Assembly (NCBI GenBank): GCA_963666285.1
Contig: OY762711.1
DNA: 64,000 bases
Origin: Sedimentisphaerales bacterium
GTDB taxonomy: Bacteria > Planctomycetota > Phycisphaerae > Sedimentisphaerales > SM23-30
Direction: 5' to 3' (one strand)
A model generated the notes under the pieces. That model was not told the DNA's origin. It saw nothing but the letters and a program-made list of their open reading frames with translations, and ran no database searches. Shown here piece by piece: positions 19,626 through 30,351 of the stretch (the first letter of the stretch is position 1; every line of letters starts with the position of its first letter). The translations under genes were made by a program, and so were the position numbers.

Positions 19626-19739
19626 CTTACCTTTTCCTTTCGGACAAAAAAAGATCCAATAAAAAAATAACTCTAAAACAACATATTATATTGATATCAG
19701 CACTGATAACAGCATCAGGCCATTTCGTATTATAATTTT

Positions 19740-19755
19740 AGCAAGTATTATGCCA
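19740..19755 (-). promoter_or_regulatory. Sigma-54 promoter for the porin gene
   Basis: TGGCAT-AATAC-TTGCT on the minus strand matches the -24/-12 consensus. Confidence 0.65.
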
Positions 19756-20163
19756 CTAACTATAAAAATCGACAAAAACGTTATAAAACATAAATTTTAA
19801 TAACAATAATGCGTACAAAACAAGTTTTAAAACATATTGCCCCACCGATTAACCTTTCAAAAGTGTTACATAAGGTTAACCTTTTTTACAATATTGTAAC
19901 TAAGCACAATAGCATTCTCATTTACTCACCCTAAGCTTTACCTTAATTATAAGGCAGTAAACATATAATATAGTGAGAAAAACCAAATTGGCAAGAATAT
20001 ATCTGAATAAAAACTATCTTAAAATGCATTAAAATAAAGCAGATATATTACTAACACAACCATCACATAACAACATAGTTTTTTTTAATACAACAACTTA
20101 CACACATCAGTCGTCATCAATATTTAATAAAATATCACTGTTTTTAAGATATTAAACTAAACA

Positions 20164-20616
20164 TTATACAGCGATTTTCAAAACTATTTTTCTAACAGTA
20201 CCATCGCTACCAATAGAACAACCAGGCTTATGACAATCCTGAGGGAAATATATTACAAACTCGCCTTCAGCCAGAATAATCCTGCTGTAATCGCATATGG
20301 TGCCATAAAATGCCAGATCTTTCTCAGCATCGTACTCTTTTTCAATAACAAGGTTCTTAGTATCAAGAGGTGTTATCCCATGCATTTCTGAGCCGGAAAG
20401 CATAATCTGCACATCAATATATTTCCTGTGAGATTCAAATAGCTTCTCATTTTCCGGACCAGTTTGATAGCTCTCTACATTGGCAAATATCTTGTCGCCG
20501 TCGATGTGATATCTGCCATCAGCATCAGAGAATGCTTTGGCAAAATCAACTGCCCTGGCAATATCACTATCAGAACCAACATAAACACCAATATTTTCTA
20601 ATTTATCGTATATCAT
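20164..20616 (-). CDS. YhcH/YjgK/YiaL family protein
   Basis: FESHRKYIDVQ, YFPQDCHKP motifs. Confidence 0.9.
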   Translation of the reverse strand: MIYDKLENIGVYVGSDSDIARAVDFAKAFSDADGRYHIDGDKIFANVESYQTGPENEKLFESHRKYIDVQIMLSGSEMHGITPLDTKNLVIEKEYDAEKDLAFYGTICDYSRIILAEGEFVIYFPQDCHKPGCSIGSDGTVRKIVLKIAV

Positions 20617-20790
20617 TTAATTTATCAAACTGACCAATGGCCGATTTGGCGGGTTCCAGGTATTAGTTTTTAATAAAAAAGTAAGGATTGCACACAACCG
20701 GGACAACCATCTCATCTTAAAGTATTGTTTTATAAGACATTACAGAAAGAGTTAATTTCTTTCAGTCGTATTGAATAATAACAATAAATA

Positions 20791-21783
20791 CTATTCAGAT
20801 CCGGCATTACCCATCCTGAAAGCAGTAGCGATAGCCAAGAAAACAAATAACAGGTCTAACGGCCCTAAAGTTTCAATCACACCCTGAGTTGCCACCCCTG
20901 ATAGTTCTTCTTTCATTTGAGAATTAAACCAGTCAACTACTTTCTGGCATGCAGTGCGTTTATCCCAAGAGCTGCCCAGAGTTAAAGCTTTAGAATGTAA
21001 CTCTTTAATTTCCGGGGAAATAGAGGCAATATCTAAAGCATCATAATATGCATTATCATGCTCAAGCTGCTGTAATTCAGAAATTTCACCATTATTTGCC
21101 ATTTCAAAAACAGCAGCAAAAGCCAGGCAATCTTGATTCATCTCGATTAAATCAGCAGCATTTTCTACAGTAATAGTGGTATTTTCATTCAAAATCCAGG
21201 TAACAGCGATATATTTACCGGCAAATATGCCGACTACAGCCAATACCGCAGCAATTACGCCAGTAAAATTATTTAAGCTGGCTCCGCTGAGAGTAAATCC
21301 TAAACCGGTAAGGAACCCAACGCCAATGGCAATCCAGCCAATTTCATAACCAGTAATTTTGACAACTAATGCCCAGAGGAAAGCACCCACAAGAGCACCG
21401 CCAGCACCAAGAGCAATAGCAAGAGGCAATTTAGCGGCATCAACGGCTATTTCGCCAACAGCCGATTTGCCAGGCTTTTTCTTTTTAGGAGTTTCGTGCC
21501 ATTGGCTATCGTCAATGTCCTGCTCTTTATCCTGCAGTCGAGATTCACGTAATGCCTGGTTCTGTTCATAGTCAGCAGCACCCTGTGATTCCATCATCTC
21601 TAAATCGGATTTGAGGTCGGAAAAAATGTTAGCTTCGTCAGCCGACTGTTCGGGTGCCGGCGGCTCCGGAACCACAAGAGCAGTCTCACAAGATGGGCAT
21701 TTCACTCTTTTAGAAGCATATTCTACAGGAACTTTCAATTTTTTTTCACAATTTTCGCAGCTAAACCGTATCATACCTAACAC
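20791..21783 (-). CDS. Zinc-ribbon membrane protein
   Basis: N-terminal CENC...CPSC; several TM helices. Confidence 0.7.
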   Translation of the reverse strand: MLGMIRFSCENCEKKLKVPVEYASKRVKCPSCETALVVPEPPAPEQSADEANIFSDLKSDLEMMESQGAADYEQNQALRESRLQDKEQDIDDSQWHETPKKKKPGKSAVGEIAVDAAKLPLAIALGAGGALVGAFLWALVVKITGYEIGWIAIGVGFLTGLGFTLSGASLNNFTGVIAAVLAVVGIFAGKYIAVTWILNENTTITVENAADLIEMNQDCLAFAAVFEMANNGEISELQQLEHDNAYYDALDIASISPEIKELHSKALTLGSSWDKRTACQKVVDWFNSQMKEELSGVATQGVIETLGPLDLLFVFLAIATAFRMGNAGSE

Positions 21784-22329
21784 CTATTCATACAATCAGT
21801 TAACAATATTTTCAATTTACATAGATCCCATTTCCGCCCAAAAAATAACATCTAACGATGATATAAAACCAACAAAAATGGTAATAACCCTTAACGATAA
21901 AATTATGAGTATATATTCTGACCTGAAATAGCGAAATAGTCAAGAAAAAATTGTCAACGAAACAAGGCAACAAAGTATAGCCAATTGAGATTGGAATGTT
22001 GAATGACCGTTCATTCTGAACGGACAGGCCCCTAAAAAAACTTAAATATTCAATTATTCAAAGAGCGAAATTTATGTTATAGACGAAGTTTTCGTCGTTG
22101 TTAAGTTTTATAGAGAGCTGATTTTTGTTGGTTCGCTTTTTTATTAGCTCTCTACTATCGGATGGTATGTCGAAAGTGCGCTGATTTTTGTGGCGGGATG
22201 GTTGGTGTGGACGATTGTAAGGTGTTTGTAGCAAGCGGGATAAAATTTTTGGGAATTATAGATTTTCGCGATTTGGTTGATGTAAAAACGCGGTGATTTA
22301 TTTTTTGAAAAAATCAAGAGAAGAATTGC

Positions 22330-23080
22330 GGTGTCGCTTCGCGACGGCTAATTAATGGGGGACGGAGGGAGTGCGGCATATATACGGGGCAGCGCGGCGG
22401 GTGGACGGCGGTGAAAAGGTAAACGGATTTGAACGGCGGCGAATTGCGGGCTGCGGGTAGTATACGGCGGAACGTTGAATGGGTGCGGCGGTATACGGAC
22501 GGAAACGAAGCGGAGAAGCGGAAAACGGTTCTGAAGTATAAAGGACAAAGTATAAAAAATCAAGAGAGCTTGTCAGCAGCGAGTTGCCAGCGACCAGCAA
22601 CCAGCGGTCAGTGAAGAGGAAATACGTGCTACGCGAACGACCGAAGGTCGTTAGAGAGTAGAACAGGTGAGCAGTAGAACAGGCAATCAGCAGCGAGCTA
22701 TCAGCGGCCAGCGGTCAGTATATTAACTTCGTGCTACGCACTCTGGCACATCATTGGAGAAGTCCAATGATGTGAAGGAATCGCCTAGCGGCGATACTAT
22801 TTTTATGTGTTGAAGCGAAAGTGAAGGCGGTTTGCGAAGTTGATCGGGCGGTTTGCGGAGGTAGTGCGGCGGGAAGGGAATTATGCGGATATTATCGTAA
22901 GTTGTTATTTTTGGATTGTGGGCAGACCAGATGCCGCGAAGCGGCATCAAAGTGTAAAAGGTGTTCGCCTAGCGGCTCACAACTTATTTTAAAGCTTACT
23001 CATATGAAAAGATCATGCCAAAATTGCGGTACCTGAAGGATGAGAAGAGTTAGAAGAAAGAAGCGAGAAGAGAGAGTTTA
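22330..23080. repeat. Non-coding low-complexity tract of degenerate 7-8-mer repeats and REP-like palindromes
   Basis: cagcgac/cagcaac/cagcggt runs twice, GATGCCGCGAAGCGGCATC 22930-22948, TCGCCTAGCGGC at 22781 and 22965, 12-bp stem 22747-22774. Confidence 0.6.
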
Positions 23081-23136
23081 AAACCGATTCGTTCAGGACA
23101 TGGGTAACGGTTATCTAACTTCGCTATATATTAACA

Positions 23137-24120
23137 CTATTTGCTTTGCTTGAATAGCCAGTCACGAACAGCTGACAGTTTGTAGGCGTAGTCGAAAGAG
23201 TACATGTGTTCACCACCGGGGCCATGGCTGCCTTCAGGAATTACGGTGCCCCTGGTAAACTTAATGAAATTTATGGTATGCCCCTGACTGAGAAGCGTCT
23301 GCACATATTTATCCTGTTCTTGTGGAGAAATCTTAGCGGAAAATTCAGTTGAGCCAAACTTTACACCATTTTCTGTCAGCATCTTGGCCAGCTCATTCAT
23401 GCCAATAGATGCCTTTGGGTCAGCGGCAGACACAATATAGAAGAACTTCATATCCACGAGCGGTTCCAGGACATTGACATCCCATTGACTTCCGACATAA
23501 ATTGAAGCGGCAAAGAGGCCGGGATAGTTAGCGTTAAAATAAAATGAGATCATCCCACCCATTGACTGGCCTGTAGTGTAGAGCCTGTTAATATCAATAT
23601 TATATTGGGATACAACAAAGTGGAGCAGCCGAAAAGCAACTGAAACTTCATCACTTACCTGCCAGTTGTCGTTGGTTGCTCTTTCCGGACCGGCAAAGGA
23701 AGGAGCGAGCACAAAACAGGGATTCTGAGCCTGGCTTTCATCTGTCGCCCATATTATGGCACCATAACCCTGCTTGAGCGGTGCATCGTAGACTTTGCCT
23801 GCTGTGCTTGCGTCAGCCATAAAAAGTACAAGGGGATAACTTTTGGTTTTGTCATAGTCTTTGGGAATGAATAAATTGTAAGTCATTGTTCTTCCAGTAA
23901 CTTTATCTTCAAATTGAAATTTTTTAAACCTGGGAGCAATTTTTTCTCTCAGCAGCAGAAGTTCCTTATCATAACTTTTGTCTGCTCCACCATATGTCCT
24001 GTCCCATGAGCTATCCTGGTCTGGACGAGTGCGCTGCTCTGCCTGGTTTGTATTAGTATTTGAAGCAAAAGATGTTAGAACGAAAGAAAAAAAGACTATC
24101 CAGAAAAATAAGACTTTCAT
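23137..24120 (-). CDS. Secreted alpha/beta hydrolase (esterase/peptidase-like)
   Basis: Signal peptide, YPLVLFM, TGQSMGG nucleophile elbow. Confidence 0.85.
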   Translation of the reverse strand: MKVLFFWIVFFSFVLTSFASNTNTNQAEQRTRPDQDSSWDRTYGGADKSYDKELLLLREKIAPRFKKFQFEDKVTGRTMTYNLFIPKDYDKTKSYPLVLFMADASTAGKVYDAPLKQGYGAIIWATDESQAQNPCFVLAPSFAGPERATNDNWQVSDEVSVAFRLLHFVVSQYNIDINRLYTTGQSMGGMISFYFNANYPGLFAASIYVGSQWDVNVLEPLVDMKFFYIVSAADPKASIGMNELAKMLTENGVKFGSTEFSAKISPQEQDKYVQTLLSQGHTINFIKFTRGTVIPEGSHGPGGEHMYSFDYAYKLSAVRDWLFKQSK

Positions 24121-24310
24121 AATAAGCTCCTTAGAAGATCAAGTTTTCCATTATTTAATCGTATTTAACCCTATGGGGCAGGTTATATCAATATAAAAAT
24201 GATGAGAAGAGAAAAAGTGTATGCATCCCTATAACCAGTCTCTGGTTTTTTGGGATGTAATCAGTATAATAATCGATATGCAGCATAATGATTATTGAAG
24301 GAGTCCGGCT

Positions 24311-25621
24311 ATGTTTAGAATATTAGTTATTACTATTTTAATCACCATGCCGCTAATTTCAGCGGAATCGGATATTGGCCAAACAAGTCCTGAATTACGC
24401 CATAGAGTGATAGTCTCGACCGACATCGGCGGAACAGATTATGACGATTTCCAGTCTATGGTGCATTACCTGCTCTATAGCGATATATTTGATACGGAAG
24501 GGATAATATCATCGCCAATCGGCGGTCCGGGCCGCAAATCAGACATACTAAAGGTAATTGACGTTTATGAAAAAGATTATGGCAATCTAAAATCATGGTC
24601 ATCGAGCTACCCTGGGCCACAGCAATTACGCGATATGTCCAAACAGGGAGCTATTGACCGGGCCGGACTGAAAGGTTTTGATACGCCTACCGAGGGTTCG
24701 CAATGGATTATCAAATGCGCGAAACGCCAAGACCCCAGACCACTCTGGGTACTAGTCTGGGGCGGCCTGGAAGATGTGGCACAAGCCCTGCATGACGAAC
24801 CTGCAATAGAGTCGAAACTAAGAGTATATTTCATCGGCGGACCAAATAAAAAATGGTCCACAACAGCCTATGACTATATATCCCGAAACCATCGGTCATT
24901 ATGGATAATTGAAGCGAATTCCACCTATCGCGGCTGGTTTACCGGCGGTGACCAAGAGGGGCAATGGAATAATGACAGTTTTCCACAACAACACATTGCC
25001 GACTGCGGAGCATTGGGCGAGTTCTTCGTGAAAGGGATCAGTTTCAAATCTCAAATCCGCAGCACAATAAAAATGGGTGATACCCCATCAGTTGTATATT
25101 TGCTCGGTAAAAGTCCAGAAGATCCGTCCAGCCAATCCTGGGGCGGCAGTTTTGTGCGGGCATGGGACAGACCACGCTATACATTTGAACATTTACCCAC
25201 TGTCGATGACACAGTAGAAACATTTGCTATTATTGAAATAATACGCAGAATAAATTGTGATACGACACCAGATTCAAAATCATACCTGATAATAGACAAA
25301 CAGCGATTTGAAGGTTTTGTCGATATGTCGGGAAACCGGCATTTTATTTTTTCGCCCAAGACTGCTAAAAAGTGGAATTATACTATTGAAAGTACTGTGC
25401 CTGAGCTGAACAATCAGAAAGGCAGTTTCACTTCATACCGGCCTAATCCAGAGCAAGCGAACCATCCATCAGGCCAATATGAAAACTGGTGGACCGACAA
25501 TCCGGACCCCGCTTTTGCAGAAGGAGTACACCAGGGAGCCAAAACCATTAGCCGCTGGCGGAAAGAATTTCTCAGCGACTTTGCCCAGAGGATGCAGCGC
25601 TGTAAAAAACTAAAACAATAA
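24311..25621 (+). CDS. DUF1593 / nucleoside hydrolase-like domain protein
   Basis: RVIVSTDIGGTDYDDFQSMVHYLLY, MGDTPS motifs. Confidence 0.8.
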   Translation: MFRILVITILITMPLISAESDIGQTSPELRHRVIVSTDIGGTDYDDFQSMVHYLLYSDIFDTEGIISSPIGGPGRKSDILKVIDVYEKDYGNLKSWSSSYPGPQQLRDMSKQGAIDRAGLKGFDTPTEGSQWIIKCAKRQDPRPLWVLVWGGLEDVAQALHDEPAIESKLRVYFIGGPNKKWSTTAYDYISRNHRSLWIIEANSTYRGWFTGGDQEGQWNNDSFPQQHIADCGALGEFFVKGISFKSQIRSTIKMGDTPSVVYLLGKSPEDPSSQSWGGSFVRAWDRPRYTFEHLPTVDDTVETFAIIEIIRRINCDTTPDSKSYLIIDKQRFEGFVDMSGNRHFIFSPKTAKKWNYTIESTVPELNNQKGSFTSYRPNPEQANHPSGQYENWWTDNPDPAFAEGVHQGAKTISRWRKEFLSDFAQRMQRCKKLKQ

Positions 25622-25664
25622 CAAAAGGCTGGTATCCGTTCTTGCAATCAATATAATAAAGGTC

Positions 25665-26072
25665 ATGAATTTTCATAACAGACAACCTGTAAAGGCGAAG
25701 TTAAACCTGACGCCGATGATAGATGTTGTGTTTCTGCTGATAATCTTTTTTATGGTGGTATCGCAGTACAGCAGCCAGGAGCGGTCTATGCTGGAGCTGC
25801 CGAAGGCGGATGATGCCGAGCAAATCCAGAGTACGGCCCAGCAGCAGTCGATAATAGTGAATATCGAGGCGGACGGTCGGATTATGATCGGTGAAATCGA
25901 GTATGATATCAATGGGCTGGGTGAGCTGCTGAGCGGTCATGGAGAGGACAAGATAACGATCCGATCCGACAGGCAGTGTCAATGGCAGATGGTCCGCCCA
26001 GTATTTGATACATGCCGAAAGGCGGGGATATCTACACCTAATATTGCAGTAGTAAAAGAGAGTGACAATTAA
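25665..26072 (+). CDS. exbD: Biopolymer transporter ExbD/TolR
   Basis: LTPMIDVVFLLIIFFMV. Confidence 0.88.
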   Translation: MNFHNRQPVKAKLNLTPMIDVVFLLIIFFMVVSQYSSQERSMLELPKADDAEQIQSTAQQQSIIVNIEADGRIMIGEIEYDINGLGELLSGHGEDKITIRSDRQCQWQMVRPVFDTCRKAGISTPNIAVVKESDN

Positions 26073-26163
26073 TAACTCAAACTGACAGATGGTCAGTTTA
26101 AGAGAGATAAGGGAACAGTACCGGCATCGCTCGTTACTGATCTAAGTTAGCTATCAAAGAGGT

Positions 26164-26670
26164 TTGATAATGAAATTGGTTACAGAAAGACTGGTATTGC
26201 TGCCCTGCTCGCTGGAGATGTTAAAAAGCCTGGTTGACGATAGGATCAATCTTGGTCAGATAGCAGGTGTGCAAGTGCCGGAAAGTTGGCCAATGGAAGA
26301 TTTGCAGGACGCCGCACCATTTTTTATAGATATATTGGTCAAGTATCCGGAGATGGAAGGTAGGCTCAACTGGCTTATTGTAGAAAAATCCCAAAATATG
26401 CTGATAGGCAGTATCGGTTTCAAAGGAAAACCCAGTGAAAACGGCGAAACAGAGATAGGATTTGGGCTTGACAGTTCGTACTGGCGAAAAGGATATGCGA
26501 CAGAAGCGGCAAAAGAACTGATCGGCTGGGCATTTTTACAGGATGATATCCAAAAGATCACCGCTGAATGTGATTTTGACAATACCGCATCGAAAAGAGT
26601 GCTTGAAAAAGTTGGGATGTGTAATATTGCAGAACGAGATAATATGCTATACTGGGAACTTTGCAGGTAG
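26164..26670 (+). CDS. GNAT N-acetyltransferase (RimJ/RimL-like)
   Basis: EIGFGLDSSYWRKGYATEA, NTASKRVLEKVGM. Confidence 0.9.
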   Translation: MIMKLVTERLVLLPCSLEMLKSLVDDRINLGQIAGVQVPESWPMEDLQDAAPFFIDILVKYPEMEGRLNWLIVEKSQNMLIGSIGFKGKPSENGETEIGFGLDSSYWRKGYATEAAKELIGWAFLQDDIQKITAECDFDNTASKRVLEKVGMCNIAERDNMLYWELCR

Positions 26671-26801
26671 CAGCTTTAGCAAAAATATAGTTCAATTGTA
26701 AATGATATCTTTGTGGCTAGAGAAGAGTGGTTAACCGAAGCTGGCCAATGGGCAATTTCAGAGGTTTAGAAGATTTAAGGTTCAGAAATTAGGGTATTTG
26801 G

Positions 26802-26891
26802 CGAGCTATTTCTCGAATAGTATAATTCAAAGTGTTGCAGGAAATCCATTTTAGGTGATTTTTGCAATTTATAAGCAGCGAAAGATAACTA
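26802..26891. repeat. Right-half remnant of MITE family B
   Basis: CGAGCTATTTCTCGAA...GCGAAAGATAACTA similar to 57386-57478. Confidence 0.55.
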
Positions 26892-26921
26892 TGATAGTAG
26901 AATGAATAATAGCAATATACT

Positions 26922-27053
26922 GTAACCGTTCACACGGTTACAGTAATAAGATATAAGTAAAAAGAAATAAGTTAAGGTATCGCTTATCGTGACCTATTTT
27001 AAAGCTTCGCAAACACAGAATCTGACGCAAATAACGCACCTGTGAATGCTTAC
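26922..27053 (+). mobile_element. MITE family A, copy 1 (132 bp)
   Basis: TIR GTAACCGTTCACA / TGTGAATGCTTAC (11/13); 8-bp flanks AATATACT / AATATATT; near-identical to 31581-31712. Confidence 0.75.
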
Positions 27054-27079
27054 AATATATTAAATATGATGGTGGAACA

Positions 27080-28891
27080 ATGATTAATTATGAGCAATTA
27101 GCAGAACAGGCTGATATAGCATATAATGAAGATTCAGAAAACGAAAAAGCAATAGAACTATATCAGCAGGCACTAGCAGCACTTCCCGCAGAGGAAAAAA
27201 AACTGGAAGCAAAATATTCTAACGGGCTGGCACTAGCGTATCATGAGACTCGAGAGTTCGATAAAGCCGAAGAGCTTTTTAAGCACTCCATATCAATAAT
27301 AAAAGAGCTGCATGGTGAGCTCCACGAAGACCTTGCTATTGATTACGGAAACCTGGGGCTACTCTATCAAGATATGTACCGCTTTGAAGAGGCAGAGGAG
27401 TTTCTAACAAAAGCAATTGAAATAGATGAAAAACTTTTGGGGCCGGACGATCCTGAATTAACTTTACGGCTAAGTTACTTAGGAAATCTGTATCATGAAC
27501 TATGTCAATACGAAGATGCAGAGAAGCTATACCAACGATCGCTTAAAATTGATGAAGCTCACTATGGCACACAACACATTGAGGTAGCAACAGACCTGTT
27601 CAACCTGGCTTCCGTATATGATGACATGAGCCTTTATGATAAAGCTATAGAGTATTATAAAAAAGCAATAGTCATAAAAGAAAAAGAATATGGAGCAGAT
27701 GCGCCAGAAGTTGCCAGCACACTAAACGCCCTTTCGGTATCTTATAACAAAACATGCAATTATGATGAAGCTGAGAAATTATTATTACGTTCAATAAGCA
27801 ACGGTGAAAAGAATCTTGGAGAAAATCACCCTGACCTTGCAATTCGGCTAGATAACCTGGCACTACAATACACAAAAAGAGAGCGATATGAAGAAGCCGA
27901 ACCGCTAGTTAAACGAGCATTGAAAATATTTGAAGATAACTTCGGGGCTGTCCATCCTGATGTTGGCATAGCTCTCAACAACCTTGCCCTGCTATACAAT
28001 AATACAGGCAGAATCGAAGAGGCAGAAGAACTTTACAAGCGATGCACCAGAATTAGAGAGCAGATATACGGTAAAGATAATCCAAATATAATTAGTTCGA
28101 TATCAAACCTGGCAACTCTATACGAAGAAGAAGGCCGCTTCGATGAAGCATTTAAACTATATTCAAGATCTTTAGAAATTAATATTTCACATTACGGTGA
28201 AGTTAGCCATGAAGCTGCATCCGGCTATAATGACATTGGGCAAATGTGGTCAGCAGCTGAGCAATATGATAAAGCGGAAGATATGTATACAAAGGCTATG
28301 GACATATTTAAGGCTGTTCACGGGGAAGATTCTATTGATTATGCCGCTCAACTATACAATCTTGCCGAAGTGTGTAGCGAGACTAAACGATTTGAAGAGT
28401 CGGTAAAATACCTTGAACGTGCAATTGAGATAGATAAAGCATATTATGGCGAAGAACACCTGGAAATTGCCAAAGACTATGAATTATTGGCCGCCACTTA
28501 TAATCGCACAGAAAAATACGCAAAGGCAGAAAAGTTTATGGTTCAGGCATTGGAAATACGAAAGAAATGCCTAAAGGAAAATGACGAAGAAATTGCCCGC
28601 ACTCTTAATAATTTAGCTGCTATATATAACAATCTCGATCATCTTGCTGATTCTATAGTAACATCAGAACAGGCTGTAATAATTTTAATAAATAACTCAA
28701 GAGAAACCGGCAAAGTAAATCCGCACTTAAAAGACGCAGCCGAGTATCTATTGATAGACCTGATAACCAGTAAAATACCAGAGGAAGAAAGCCGCAAAAG
28801 AGTGATAGATATCGCACCTGAGCTACTCAGTGACATTGTCGAAAATATTGACCTTAGTAAAATAATCACTAAAGACGCGTACTTGAATTGA
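27080..28891 (+). CDS. Tetratricopeptide repeat protein (42-aa, kinesin-light-chain-like repeats)
   Basis: Repeated HPDxAxxLxNLAxLY...A..L units. Confidence 0.92.
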   Translation: MINYEQLAEQADIAYNEDSENEKAIELYQQALAALPAEEKKLEAKYSNGLALAYHETREFDKAEELFKHSISIIKELHGELHEDLAIDYGNLGLLYQDMYRFEEAEEFLTKAIEIDEKLLGPDDPELTLRLSYLGNLYHELCQYEDAEKLYQRSLKIDEAHYGTQHIEVATDLFNLASVYDDMSLYDKAIEYYKKAIVIKEKEYGADAPEVASTLNALSVSYNKTCNYDEAEKLLLRSISNGEKNLGENHPDLAIRLDNLALQYTKRERYEEAEPLVKRALKIFEDNFGAVHPDVGIALNNLALLYNNTGRIEEAEELYKRCTRIREQIYGKDNPNIISSISNLATLYEEEGRFDEAFKLYSRSLEINISHYGEVSHEAASGYNDIGQMWSAAEQYDKAEDMYTKAMDIFKAVHGEDSIDYAAQLYNLAEVCSETKRFEESVKYLERAIEIDKAYYGEEHLEIAKDYELLAATYNRTEKYAKAEKFMVQALEIRKKCLKENDEEIARTLNNLAAIYNNLDHLADSIVTSEQAVIILINNSRETGKVNPHLKDAAEYLLIDLITSKIPEEESRKRVIDIAPELLSDIVENIDLSKIITKDAYLN

Positions 28892-29706
28892 AGAGCTTTA
28901 TGCTAACAGAAAAGACAGTTGAGCATGATAATTGCGTGCTGCATTATTGGTGCGGTGGTGATGCGGATGGTCCGGCGGTGGTATTTACCCATGGTATGAC
29001 GATGAGTCATGAGATGTGGCAGTATAACTACCAGGCAGTGGTCGATGCGGGATACCGGGTGATAGGCTGGGATATGCGTGGGCATGGCAAGTCTCGTCCA
29101 ATGGGCGATTATATAACTGTCCCGCGAGCGGCAGATGATATACTTGCGATAATGGATAACGAGCAGATCGGCCAGGCGGTGCTGGCAGGTCATTCGATGG
29201 GCGGGATGGTGAGCCAGGAGTTTGCGTTTCGATACCCGGATCGGGTAAAGGCGGTGTTTATCCTGGGCAGTTTGAATATCACCAGGAAACAGCCAGGGTT
29301 TGTATATATGCTGCGGCCGGCAGCAACGGTGTTTTTCTGGTTGTGTCCGCTGCCGCTATTAAATGCGTTTGCAAAACTGTTTGCCGGTAAGAAAAGGCAG
29401 ACTCGGGAGCTGGCGAGAAAGATATGCAAGGTAGTTACGAAAGAAGATTTCAAGAAGATATGGAAAGCAGTGATCAGCTGCGATCATTATGAGCCGGGGT
29501 ATAAGCCGAAGATGCCGTTTATGATAACTCGCGGCAGCGGCGATCACTGGATAGGAGCGGGGTTGATACGGCTACAGTCGAAAAAGTGGGCGAAGCAGTT
29601 CGGCTGCGGGCATGCTGTAATCCCGAAAGCCGGTCATAACGCGTGCAGTGATAATGCGGATGTGTTTGATGAGATGCTTATAGAATTTCTGAAAACTAAT
29701 GCCTGA
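28888..29706 (+). CDS. Alpha/beta hydrolase
   Basis: FTHG, WDMRGHGKS, GHSMGG, AGHN. Confidence 0.92.
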   Translation: MKSFMLTEKTVEHDNCVLHYWCGGDADGPAVVFTHGMTMSHEMWQYNYQAVVDAGYRVIGWDMRGHGKSRPMGDYITVPRAADDILAIMDNEQIGQAVLAGHSMGGMVSQEFAFRYPDRVKAVFILGSLNITRKQPGFVYMLRPAATVFFWLCPLPLLNAFAKLFAGKKRQTRELARKICKVVTKEDFKKIWKAVISCDHYEPGYKPKMPFMITRGSGDHWIGAGLIRLQSKKWAKQFGCGHAVIPKAGHNACSDNADVFDEMLIEFLKTNA

Positions 29707-29770
29707 TTGTTTTGCAGAACTACTGATAAATTCAGATAGACGCAGATAATGACATGAAAGAAGGAATGGT

Positions 29771-30268
29771 ATGAAGAAGAAAAAGTCATGGCAGGATAAG
29801 CTGAACGATAGTAAGGGACTGCCGAAAGTTGATAAGATAGATGCTAAAATGAGTAAGAGATGGGGAACGGGTACGTTTGTTATCCCGGCACCGATCGAAG
29901 TTGACGAGATAATGCGGAAGGTGCCGAAGGGTAAGCTGATAACGATAAATGAGATACGGGAGATATTAGCGGCCAGGCATAAAGCGACGATAAGCTGCCC
30001 GATTACGACGGGGATATTTTCGTGGATAGCTGCGCATGCCGCAGATGAGCAGGAAAACGAAGGTAAGAAACGGGTTACGCCATACTGGCGTACATTGAAA
30101 ACCGGCGGGATATTGAACGAGAAATACCCGGGCGGACTAGAGAATCTGAAGCAACGATTGGAAGCGGAAGGTCATAAGGTGATACGAAAAGGGAAGAGTA
30201 AGCACTTTATGGTGGAGGAATTTGAGAAAAAAGTAGTGAATGCGAGTAATAAGCAATGGTATCGCTAA
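29771..30268 (+). CDS. MGMT/alkyltransferase-like (ATL) DNA-binding protein
   Basis: VPKGKLIT, PYWR, QRLEAEG; lacks the PCHR catalytic Cys. Confidence 0.75.
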   Translation: MKKKKSWQDKLNDSKGLPKVDKIDAKMSKRWGTGTFVIPAPIEVDEIMRKVPKGKLITINEIREILAARHKATISCPITTGIFSWIAAHAADEQENEGKKRVTPYWRTLKTGGILNEKYPGGLENLKQRLEAEGHKVIRKGKSKHFMVEEFEKKVVNASNKQWYR

Positions 30269-30351
30269 CGCGACGTTAATTTAAACGGCTTCGCCGAATA
30301 TGCCGAGCCCCTGATTAATCTGGATAAGATTCCGCTTGGCGTTTCCAGGTT

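Noticed and set aside
22330..23080. CRISPR array or real CDSs in the repeat tract
   Set aside because: No constant repeat-spacer periodicity; ORFs are low-complexity artefacts
23091..23108. GTTCAGGACATGGGTAAC resembling an IS481-type end
   Set aside because: Too short; no partner end or transposase
26070..26155. Possible attC site (TAAC…GTTAG) before the GNAT gene
   Set aside because: Single, poorly paired instance; no integron integrase or other attC sites
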